From Clostridia bacterium (lineage in GTDB: Bacteria > Bacillota > Clostridia > Oscillospirales > CAG-272), in assembly GCA_017624395.1 (NCBI GenBank), contig JAGANE010000251.1, forward strand, positions 1 through 51,596: DNA of 51,596 nucleotides. Direction: 5' to 3'. The translations under genes and the position numbers were made by a program. The notes under the pieces are model-generated. The model saw nothing but the letters and a program-made list of their open reading frames with translations. It did not search any database and was not told where the DNA came from. Below are positions 44,135 through 51,596 of the stretch, piece after piece; positions within the stretch are counted from its first letter, which is position 1; the number at the start of each line of letters is the position of its first letter.

Positions 44135-45931
44135 TTACTCTTCTTCTCTCTCCACAACCGAAATACCAAGCACGGCAAGGTCGGCGTCGGATACGGGAGT
44201 AGGACATTGCGACATCAGCTCGCTTGCGTTCTGCACCTTCGGGAATGCCACCACGTCACGCAAAGAGTCGGCACCCGACATCACCATTGCAAGGCGGTCA
44301 AGCCCCATCCCGCTACCACCGTGAGGCGGTGCGCCGTACTTATACGCATCCACAAGGAATCCGAACTTGCGCTCAATATCCTCACTTGTCAATCCAAGTG
44401 CGCGGAACATTCTTTCCTGCAACTGCCAATCGGTGATACGGATCGATCCCGAAAGCAGCTCAATGCCGTTGAGCACCATGTCATAGCACTGCGCACGCAC
44501 GGATCCGGGATCGCTCTCCAAGGAATCCAAGCACTCGGGCAGAGGCATGGTAAAGGGATGGTGCATAGCATCCCAATGCTCGGTCTCCTCGTTCCACTCA
44601 AAGAACGGGAATTCCACGACCCAAAGGAAATTGAATTTGCCCTCGGGGATCAGCTCCAGCTTCTTACCAAGCAAGGTACGGAGTGCGCCGAGCGTAGGAA
44701 GAACCACCTTGTTTTTGTCGGCAACGATCAGCATGACGTCGCCCTTCTCCATGCCGCCTGCAACGAGGATGGCATCTAGCTCCTCGGGAGAGAGGAACTT
44801 TGCAAACGAGCAGTTGGGAGCGTCATCCACCCAACGGATATACGCCAAGCCCTTGGCACCGATACCTCTTGCATGCTCGGTCAGCTTGTCGATCTCCTTA
44901 CGTGTCAGAGCTGCAGCAGCGTTCTTTGCTACGATGCAACGTACCGAGCCGCCGTTTTCAATGGCAGAAGTAAACACGCCAAAGCCACAGCTCTTCACAG
45001 CGTCGGAAATATCCTGAATCTCCATACCGAAACGGGTGTCTGGCTTATCCGATCCGTAACGGTTCATAGCATCTGCAAAGGTGATGCGAGGCAGAGGAGT
45101 TTCGATCTCTACGTCAAGCACTTCCTTGAACACACGCTTGATAAAGCCCTCGTTCATCGACATAATATCCTCCTGCGTAGCAAAGGACATTTCCAGGTCG
45201 ATCTGTGTAAATTCGGGCTGACGGTCGGCACGCAGGTCCTCATCACGGAAGCAACGCGCCAGCTGAATATAGCGGTCGTAGCCCGAAAGCATCAACAGCT
45301 GCTTGTAAAGCTGGGGAGACTGCGGCAAAGCGTAAAAGCTTCCCTTATGCACACGGCTGGGAACAAGATAGTCGCGCGCTCCCTCGGGAGTGGATTTGAT
45401 CATCATGGGCGTTTCGATCTCGTAAAAGCCGTTTTCATAGTAATATTCGCGCGCCACTCTTGCAATATCGTGACGCATTTTGATATTGCGCTGCAAAGAA
45501 GGACGGCGCAGATCAAGATAGCGATACTTGAGTGCGATCTCATCCTTGGTCTTTTTGGCATCGGACACCTCAAAGGGAGGCGTTTGTGCTGCGGAAAGGA
45601 TCTTCAATTCGGTAACAAAGATCTCTACCATGCCCGTAGGCAGATTGGGGTTGGTTGCGCCCTCACCGCGCGGACGTACGGTGCCGTGTACACAAAGCAC
45701 GTACTCGGCACGGATTGCAAATGCCTTATCAAAGATCTCCTTTTGGGTCTCACTGTCAAATGCGAGCTGAACGATACCCGTGCGATCGCGCAGGTCAATA
45801 AAGATCAGGGCTCCAAGGTCTCGCTGTCTCTATACCCAACCCATCACGCAAACCTCTTTGCCGATGTCACACTCTCTTACCGTACCGCAATAATGGATAC
45901 GCTTGTCATTTGCATTCAATAATTCAGCCAT
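44135..45931 (-). pseudogene. aspS: aspartate--tRNA ligase interrupted by an in-frame TAG at codon 34
   Basis: ATG 45931 (GAAGGAAG SD) is in the same frame as track ORF 44135..45700. TAG at 45830-45832 in VCVMGWV*RQRDLGALIFIDLRDRTG, where AspRS orthologs have Gln/His. Total 598 codons. Class II motifs downstream (FRDEDLRADRQPEFTQ, GGSGMGLDR). Confidence 0.85.
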
Positions 45932-45933
45932 GA

Positions 45934-46494
45934 TTATACTTCCTTCCCCTCTTTGTCAAACAGAGGTAATTTTTCAAGATAGATCAGGTCGTCGCGCTTA
46001 TGCGCATCGCCCTCGGCAAGAATGGTCATTTTACCGCAGATGATTCCGCCCGCCTCGGTCACAAGCTGCTCCAAGGCACGCAAGGAGTCTCCCAAGGAGA
46101 CAACGTCATCCACGATCAAAATTCGTTTGCCCTTCATCAAAGCGGCATCGGCAGTATCAAGATACAGCCTTTGCTCCTTTGCCGTGGTGATCGAGCGTAC
46201 CTTGACCTCCATCACCCCCGTCATGTAAAGCTTGGGTGCCTTGCGAGCCAAAAAATACTTTTGATTGCCCGCAAGCCGTGCCATCTCATGCACCAAAGGA
46301 ATTCCCTTTGCCTCGGCGGTAATGAGATAATCGTATGCGGGCGCCTTTTCCAAAAGCTCCTTGGCACAGGCGGTGGTCAATTCGGGATCCCCAAAGATCA
46401 CAAATCCCGCAATCATCATTTTCTCGTTCAGCGGGCAAAGAGGCAGATCTCTTTCACAGCCCGCAATCGTCATGTGATAATATTTCTGTTCCAT
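45934..46494 (-). CDS. phosphoribosyltransferase family protein (adenine-PRTase-like)
   Basis: ORF 45934..46536. I prefer ATG 46494 (MEQKYYHMTIAG) because a GGAACC/GGTTCC hairpin occupies 46508-46531. PRPP loop ILIVDDVVSLGDS. The start is uncertain. Confidence 0.65.
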   Translation of the reverse strand: MEQKYYHMTIAGCERDLPLCPLNEKMMIAGFVIFGDPELTTACAKELLEKAPAYDYLITAEAKGIPLVHEMARLAGNQKYFLARKAPKLYMTGVMEVKVRSITTAKEQRLYLDTADAALMKGKRILIVDDVVSLGDSLRALEQLVTEAGGIICGKMTILAEGDAHKRDDLIYLEKLPLFDKEGKEV

Positions 46495-46579
46495 ATGTTT
46501 TTTTGCAGGAACCTTTTTGAAATAAGGTTCCCGCACCCTCCAAAAACTTTCACAAAAATTTTATATAATTTCTTCAAAG

Positions 46580-47758
46580 TCAAAATTCCGTACGGATATG
46601 CTCCACGTACGTACCGTCCAACGCCTCCTGCACGAGCGCCTCAAAATCCAGCTTGCGCTCCTGCTCCAAAACCTTTGCAAGTTCGGGACGCGTGCGCGGA
46701 TGCTTGGGGGTAAATACGGTACAGCAATCCTCGTAGGGTTGGATCGAGGTCTCAAACGTGCCGATCTTACGTGCGATCTGCACGATCTCCTCCTTGTCAA
46801 GACCGATGCAAGGACGGAACACGGGGAGCGTTGCCACGGGATCGGTCACCCCGATCGCTTGCATGGTCTGTGACGCCACTTGCCCCAGACTTTCTCCCGT
46901 AATCAGACCGCCGCATCCCAATTTGTGTGCCAAGCGGTCGGCAATTGCCATCATATAACGGCGCAACAGCAGTGTGAAATAATCCTCCTCACAGCTCTTG
47001 ACCAGCTCCTCCTGAATATGTGTCAGCGACACGACGTGTACGTTGAACGAGCCTGCGTACTGCGCCACCTCGCGCGCCAATTCAAACACCTTTTCACGCG
47101 CGCGCTCACTGGTGTACGGGAAGGATTCAAAGTGAACCGCCTCGATCTGCACACCGCGCTTGGCGATCATGTAGCCTGCCACGGGGGAATCGATACCTCC
47201 CGACAGCAGCAGCAAGCCCTTGCCGTTGGAGCCAACGGGCATTCCGCCCGCCCCCTTGAACTGCCCTGCGTGAATATACGCGGCAAACTCACGGATCTCC
47301 ACGTGTACCACGGTCTCGGGGTTGTGAACGTCCACGCGCAATTTCGGCATAGCTTCAAGAACGACACCGCCGATCTCGCGGGCAATCTCGATAGACCCCA
47401 ACGGGAATCTCTTATCCGAGCGCTTTGCCTCCACCTTAAAGGTCTTTTTACCAATCAAAAATTGCGGAACGTACTCGCGCACCGTGTCGGCAATGCTTTG
47501 CATATTCTTTTCGCAAACGGCACAACGGCTGATACCGACAATACCAAACACCTTGGACGCCGTCTCAAACATACCGTCTATATCGGCATCGTCGTCCAAC
47601 GGCTCGATCACCAGCGTGCTTTGCGAGCGTGTGATCTCAAAATTGCCGTAATGCTTGGCACGGAAGCGCAGCGTTCTGCAAAGCGTATCCTCAAACCAAC
47701 GGCGATTGGCACCCTTCAGCACGATCTCGCCGTATTTGCAAAGTAAGATCTCCTTCAT
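46580..47758 (-). CDS. thiI: tRNA 4-thiouridine(8) synthase
   Basis: ORF 46580..47824. ATG 47758 (MKEILLCKYGEIVLKG). PP-loop LLLSGGIDSPVA. THUMP-like N-terminal half. Confidence 0.9.
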   Translation of the reverse strand: MKEILLCKYGEIVLKGANRRWFEDTLCRTLRFRAKHYGNFEITRSQSTLVIEPLDDDADIDGMFETASKVFGIVGISRCAVCEKNMQSIADTVREYVPQFLIGKKTFKVEAKRSDKRFPLGSIEIAREIGGVVLEAMPKLRVDVHNPETVVHVEIREFAAYIHAGQFKGAGGMPVGSNGKGLLLLSGGIDSPVAGYMIAKRGVQIEAVHFESFPYTSERAREKVFELAREVAQYAGSFNVHVVSLTHIQEELVKSCEEDYFTLLLRRYMMAIADRLAHKLGCGGLITGESLGQVASQTMQAIGVTDPVATLPVFRPCIGLDKEEIVQIARKIGTFETSIQPYEDCCTVFTPKHPRTRPELAKVLEQERKLDFEALVQEALDGTYVEHIRTEF

Positions 47759-47759
47759 C

Positions 47760-48068
47760 TCATACCTCGTCGCCCTCGGTGTCCTCTGCACAGTCCTCCA
47801 CAGGATCACCGTTGCGGTAAGCATCCAAAAGCTCGTTTGCCTTTTCTAACAGTGCCACAGGAACAAAAATGTCGGAGCCGTACATTGAATATCCCGCAAT
47901 CACCTTTACCACGCCGCCGCTTCCGCGCTCTCTGATGCGATAAGGAATCTCCTCTGCCTCCAGAATACTGCGCAGGATCGAAAGCTCCACGTTGTCGTGT
48001 GCCGTCGTCAGATGCGCTGTGTATTCATCGTGGGATGCGGGCTTGTCAAGTCCAAATAAATGATCCAT
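47760..48068 (-). CDS. DUF2007-like small protein
   Basis: 102 aa. The ...ELSILRSILEAEEIPY... and ...IFVPVALLEKANELL pattern fits the DUF2007 family. AGAGGTG SD. Confidence 0.55.
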   Translation of the reverse strand: MDHLFGLDKPASHDEYTAHLTTAHDNVELSILRSILEAEEIPYRIRERGSGGVVKVIAGYSMYGSDIFVPVALLEKANELLDAYRNGDPVEDCAEDTEGDEV

Positions 48069-48078
48069 ATTTCACCTC

Positions 48079-48741
48079 TTAATTTTTCTCGGTCTGTGCA
48101 AGATACTGCAAAATCTGATCCTTGATCTGTTCCATTCCCTTAACGGTGGGATGACCGTTTTGCATATCAACGTCTGCCAAATTGACACACTCAATACCGT
48201 AGTGCGTGCAGGCGGTGCGATAGCCGTCGGCATACGTCGGCTTTAAGCATGCGTTGACAATGCAGATCACGCGCGTATCGGGCAGCTTTTCCCGCGTGCG
48301 GGCAAGCAGATAGCAGAAGGCGGGCAACGCCTCCTTCAAATCCGCCTTTGTCCAATCGGCATATTGCAGCTCCCCAAGTGGAGAATGAGCGCCCGAATCA
48401 TTGGTGCCGCCAAACAGCAAAAGAGTATCCACGCGGTTTTCTTGAAAATATCCCGCCTCGATCAATCGATCCAGACGTGTGATAAAAGACCACTCCGAGG
48501 CATCTCTGCCCCCGTGCCCCGTATTGCAAACCGTGGTTCCTGACCAACTGCAATTAAGAAGTAGCGTGGACTCGGTCTCCTTGATCAGTTGATGCCACCA
48601 GGTTTGTTCCACGTACTTGACGTCGGTTTCAATATCCGGTCGCGTCTTTGGTGCGTAGTACGGCACATAGCCATCGGGAATGTGTCCCTCAAATGTGGTG
48701 TAACTATCTCCAAGCAGCAATACGTTTCCAACGTTGATCAT
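48079..48741 (-). CDS. SGNH/GDSL hydrolase family protein
   Basis: ORF 48079..48939. ATG 48741 (MINVGNVLLLGDSYT, Ser block), GGTND block, and a late D..NGHP His block. Confidence 0.7.
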   Translation of the reverse strand: MINVGNVLLLGDSYTTFEGHIPDGYVPYYAPKTRPDIETDVKYVEQTWWHQLIKETESTLLLNCSWSGTTVCNTGHGGRDASEWSFITRLDRLIEAGYFQENRVDTLLLFGGTNDSGAHSPLGELQYADWTKADLKEALPAFCYLLARTREKLPDTRVICIVNACLKPTYADGYRTACTHYGIECVNLADVDMQNGHPTVKGMEQIKDQILQYLAQTEKN

Positions 48742-48754
48742 GAAACGCGCCCTC

Positions 48755-49837
48755 TCAGTTATCGTAATAATTTGGGAAGAGCTTTTCCCAGACCTTGGCG
48801 CATCCGATGGTATCGGCAATGGAGGTATGTGCCACGCCGTCCCAAGCGATTTCAAGACGCTCCATTGCGTCGCCGAGGGATGCATGCACCATATCGGGAT
48901 AATGCTCGGATTGGAAGCGGACGAACTCATTTGCGGCACAGCGTGCCTTTTTGTGCAACGCCTCGCGCTCCGCCTCGGTGTCGTAAATATACTTGATGTG
49001 ACTGTAATCGGTGGAAATACCGTACGCGATCAGAATGTCAGCCTCGGCAAAGATCTCCTTGATGCGCGGTGTCAGCTCGATCAGCGACGGTGCATCCTCA
49101 ACCATAGCAGGCGTGATGCCGTGAATCTTTTCGGTCTGCTTCCACTTCTTTTTGTGCGCGGGCTTCACTAAGGTATCCATGATGACCTTGCCCGTACCGT
49201 CCACGATCGATACTGAAAGGATCTCATCGTGGTTGTAAACACCCGTCAATTCAAGATCAAAGAACAGCACGCGCTCACGCTTCATGTGATAATGCTCGGC
49301 ACGGTGTGCGTCTCCCTCGGCACGGCGGACAGCAAGATCCGCCTCAAAGCAGGCACGGCAAAGCTTGCGACGGTAGCGAATGTCCTTGCCGCACTCCACG
49401 CAGGTCAAGGGACGACGAACCGCCGTCTTTTTGTCATAGAAGTAGATCATGCTCTTGTCATTGCGAAGCGTATATGCCACGGGCTCCTCAATGACGTCGT
49501 AATTCATCTGATCCAAACGCTCCTTGGTATAGTAGCCGCAGGATGCCGCGCGCTTGGTGCTCATGCGCACCAATTGTACCCCGTTTTCGGTGGTGTGTGT
49601 CTCGGTCTTTTGTGCGGGCGCGTACCAAAGCTCGGGCGGTGCCTCAACCACACGGGAGGGATCAAAGAAGTATGTAATACTTCCGTCCGTGTTCTCATCG
49701 TATGCAATCGGATCGCCTGCAGGCATCAGATGCATTTTGTTGAGGACAGAGCGCGTCAGATAGTGCCTTTGCACTGCCTCGTCGGCAGTGACCTGCGGAA
49801 TGGTAGCGCCGGAGCGCAGCTTCATGGTCTGTTTCAA
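48755..49837 (-). CDS. DEDD-type 3'-5' exonuclease (DnaQ-like) with N-terminal extension containing CxxC...CxxC
   Basis: ORF 48755..50002. The promoter at 50006-50034 and AAGGAGG at 49843-49849 favour TTG 49837 (5-nt spacing) or ATG 49825. FFDLELTG (Exo I), ILIAYGISTDYSHI, and HTSIADTI (Exo III). The start is uncertain. Confidence 0.65.
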   Translation of the reverse strand: MKQTMKLRSGATIPQVTADEAVQRHYLTRSVLNKMHLMPAGDPIAYDENTDGSITYFFDPSRVVEAPPELWYAPAQKTETHTTENGVQLVRMSTKRAASCGYYTKERLDQMNYDVIEEPVAYTLRNDKSMIYFYDKKTAVRRPLTCVECGKDIRYRRKLCRACFEADLAVRRAEGDAHRAEHYHMKRERVLFFDLELTGVYNHDEILSVSIVDGTGKVIMDTLVKPAHKKKWKQTEKIHGITPAMVEDAPSLIELTPRIKEIFAEADILIAYGISTDYSHIKYIYDTEAEREALHKKARCAANEFVRFQSEHYPDMVHASLGDAMERLEIAWDGVAHTSIADTIGCAKVWEKLFPNYYDN

Positions 49838-50005
49838 AATTTCCTCCTTACCGTCGGGACCTTTTGCGTGCACGCCTGCGCGGCAGAACGGAGAGCCTTC
49901 CCCGTACAGCGGCAGCGGTCGCCGGTTTCCCATAACGGTTTTGCAAATAATCGGTGTGCCCGTAGCCCTCGGTGATCTATAACCGAAAAAAGCACATACC
50001 AATAT

Positions 50006-50034
50006 ATTATAACATATCTATAAACAATAATCAA
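50006..50034 (-). promoter_or_regulatory. candidate sigma-A promoter
   Basis: Minus-strand TTGATT (50034-50029), 17 nt, TGtTATAAT (50011-50006). Confidence 0.6.
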
Positions 50035-50043
50035 TAGAATTTT

Positions 50044-50085
50044 CAAAAAAAGAACTCCCCACTCGCAAAAATTACGGGTGGGGAG
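50044..50085 (-). terminator. intrinsic terminator
   Basis: Stem CTCCCCAC (50055-50062) / GTGGGGAG (50078-50085), followed on the minus strand by UUCUUUUUUU. Confidence 0.75.
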
Positions 50086-50102
50086 ACAGTATTTATCGCA
50101 TT

Positions 50103-51038
50103 TTAATAAAAGGTGGCAACCTCCTGCGCAGGCTTGACAGCAAACTCGGTTGCCGTGACGTACAAAACGGGGCCGGGGCCGCGGTAAAGCTTATGCTTTT
50201 CCAGCTTGATCTTGCCCGTCAGTGTCACCCAATCCCGCGTTTTGAGATTGGTAGGCTCGGAAAAGATACAAACCAGCGGATGGTAGGCAATGTCGTCGGC
50301 ACAGCAGGTCATCACGTGGCGTCCTGCCAACACTGTGTTGCCGTCACGCGCAACCATCCCCTTGAATTTGACGGTCTTGCCGTCGTATTTCTGCAGCTCC
50401 TCGGAAAGATCGCGGTAAAAAATGGCATAATCATTGTCACCAATCGTCACCACGGGCGCATCAAGATCAAAGGGCAACGGATCCTCGATCTCGTCGTATT
50501 CCACGTGACCGTCGGGATAATCGTAGGTAATGGCAGCACGGCGCGAAACACCTCGCACCACCTTGTGGATCTCCTCCTTGTCGATCCCGTCGGGAGTACG
50601 GTTCAGCACGATCATCTCGCAGTTTTGCAGCTTATCCACCATCAATTGACGCATGTTGGCATTGTAGGAGAGAAATGTGTTGGCATCGGCAAACATCATT
50701 TCCTGATAGATCACCCAATTGGCAGGCAGATTTTGATAGAGCGTATTCAACAGCCACATGCCGTTGTACTCAATGATTACGCGGTCAAAGCGGTTCTTTT
50801 TTGCAAGGGCGGTAAGATTTTCCGCAGTAAAGTCGCTTTCATCCTCAATGGTTTCCAAATAGACGTTCTGCCCGTAAAAGCGGGAAAAATCCAGCTCGTC
50901 CACGCCCTCCTCGCATTGAATGATCAGCGTCTTTTCGCCCGAATTAAATTTTTGATCCTCCATGGACTCCTGAATAATGTGGGTCTTTCCCCCCTCCAGA
51001 AAGCCCGTAAAAAGATAAACGGGTAATTGGGAAGCCAT
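50103..51038 (-). CDS. COG0523/CobW-like P-loop domain fused to a DUF1980-like C-terminal domain (CCxDD motif)
   Basis: 311 aa. Walker A GFLEGGKT. DRVIIEYNG (Walker B-like). LNRTP. QCEEG sits where CobW-type proteins have GCxCC. C-terminal GRHVMTCCADDIAYHPL...LTGKI.... Confidence 0.55.
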   Translation of the reverse strand: MASQLPVYLFTGFLEGGKTHIIQESMEDQKFNSGEKTLIIQCEEGVDELDFSRFYGQNVYLETIEDESDFTAENLTALAKKNRFDRVIIEYNGMWLLNTLYQNLPANWVIYQEMMFADANTFLSYNANMRQLMVDKLQNCEMIVLNRTPDGIDKEEIHKVVRGVSRRAAITYDYPDGHVEYDEIEDPLPFDLDAPVVTIGDNDYAIFYRDLSEELQKYDGKTVKFKGMVARDGNTVLAGRHVMTCCADDIAYHPLVCIFSEPTNLKTRDWVTLTGKIKLEKHKLYRGPGPVLYVTATEFAVKPAQEVATFY

Positions 51039-51049
51039 AAAAATCCTCC

Positions 51050-51596
51050 TTATTTAACACCGAACAGATCTGCCAGCGCGTGCTTGTTAAGCCCCGATCC
51101 GATGACGCAAAGTCTGCCTATGATACCTGCGGTTCCGTAACGAACATCCGCCTCTCCCGGCACGTAGTCAAAATGGAGCCACTTGCCATCGTTGCCCGCA
51201 ACGATTCCCTTTGCGCGCAATACGATGCCGTAGGATTTTTCCTCCAGCAGTGCGTCCAGAATCTCACGCAGCTCGTCCATGTCCAAGCTCTTGGTAGTCT
51301 CAACACCCCAACTGACAAACACGTCGTCGGCATGGTGATGGTGGTGATGGTGATGCTCATGCTCGTCCTCACCCTCGCCGTGATGATGGTGACAGCAACA
51401 ATCGGGATCGTCACACTCGTCCTCGTCATGGTGATGATGGTGGTGATGGTGATGCTCATGCTCGTCCTCATCCTCGTCGTGATGATGGTGGCAGCAACAA
51501 TCGGGATCGTCACACTCGTCCTCATCGTGGTGATGATGGTGGTGATGGTGATGCTCATGCTCGTCCTCATCCTCATCGTGATGATGGTGGCAGCAA
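51050..51596 (-). CDS. COG0523/CobW family metallochaperone-like GTPase, C-terminal part (partial, runs off the window)
   Basis: The frame is open from 51596 to TAA 51050. His/Cys/Asp/Glu-rich repeats are followed by a CobW_C-like domain (GIVLRAKGIV...WLHFDYV...). The track shows only 51050..51322. Confidence 0.7.
   Translation of the reverse strand, partial: CCHHHHDEDEDEHEHHHHHHHHHDEDECDDPDCCCHHHHDEDEDEHEHHHHHHHHHDEDECDDPDCCCHHHHGEGEDEHEHHHHHHHHADDVFVSWGVETTKSLDMDELREILDALLEEKSYGIVLRAKGIVAGNDGKWLHFDYVPGEADVRYGTAGIIGRLCVIGSGLNKHALADLFGVK
51331..51596 (-). repeat. 99-bp in-frame tandem repeat (at least 2.2 full units plus a partial unit), continuing past the window edge
   Basis: Unit starts at 51380, 51479 and 51578, exactly 99 nt apart. 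The encoded 33-aa unit is DEDEDEHEHHHHHHHHHDEDECDDPDCCCHHHH. Copies differ by a few substitutions. Confidence 0.85.

Noticed and set aside
44135-45700. Treating the 521-aa track ORF as a complete, N-terminally short AspRS
   Set aside because: The 231 nt upstream are in frame, encode the conserved OB-fold start (GWV.RQRDLG..IFIDLRDR) and have a proper SD and ATG at 45931. The gene is full-length with one internal TAG.
44873-45922. 349-aa plus-strand ORF opposite aspS
   Set aside because: It is antisense to a gene with unmistakable AspRS motifs. It is a shadow ORF.
49838-49998. Cobalamin riboswitch in the exonuclease leader
   Set aside because: Fragments such as GGGAAACCGG and CCGCUGUACGGGGAAGGC loosely recall B12-element cores. 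The B12 box and overall helix arrangement are not recoverable by eye, and the downstream gene has no link to cobalamin. Left as an unclassified leader.
51118-51576. 152-aa minus-strand ORF (MRMRTSMSITITTIITT...)
   Set aside because: It is an alternative frame of the 99-bp repeat. The His/Cys/Asp frame is continuous with the CobW_C-like domain and is the credible one.
1-51596. Global stop-codon reassignment (TGA or TAA as sense) to explain the internal stops
   Set aside because: TGA and TAA terminate nearly every well-defined gene here, including six ATGA start/stop overlaps. Three different stop codons are involved, so a single recoding event cannot explain them. Only the TAG question is left open, as a finding.

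Overview
This is a 51.6-kb chromosomal segment that looks Firmicutes/Clostridia-like. The taxon is inference only, based on GGAGG-type Shine-Dalgarno sites, many near-consensus TTGACA-17-TATAAT promoters, a T-box leader and ATGA-coupled operons. I call 45 protein-coding frames. I found no rRNA, tRNA, CRISPR array or recognisable mobility genes. Layout: (1) 0.1-4.8 kb holds small redox, transport and membrane genes. (2) 4.9-16.0 kb holds two minus-strand operons built around three paralogous ComEC-type metallo-beta-lactamase (MBL) proteins: one lipoprotein, one 1129-aa secreted form carrying two NPCBM-like modules, and one cytoplasmic form. With them sit a stand-alone NPCBM-like protein, an SBP-type lipoprotein with no permease or ATPase, a GxDLY-SGNH esterase and an untracked 43-aa ORF. 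Both operons carry a cre/LacI-type palindrome. This is the block I cannot map to a described pathway. (3) An orphan trpB lies behind a Trp-type T-box. (4) An AraC-flanked amino-sugar-like operon. (5) A two-gene insert of about 2.3 kb with low GC. (6) fba, an IMPase, a CPBP protease and an EIIC-like permease. (7) A 10-kb wall-glycopolymer cluster with an 1107-aa three-module glycosyltransferase. (8) uppP, a U32 peptidase, aspS and thiI housekeeping genes. (9) Two COG0523-type metallochaperone-like genes, the edge one containing a 99-bp tandem repeat that encodes His/Cys/Asp/Glu-rich 33-aa units. Four otherwise intact genes, including aspS, carry single in-frame stop codons (TAA, TGA, TAG, TAG). 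None of the 45 natural terminators is TAG.
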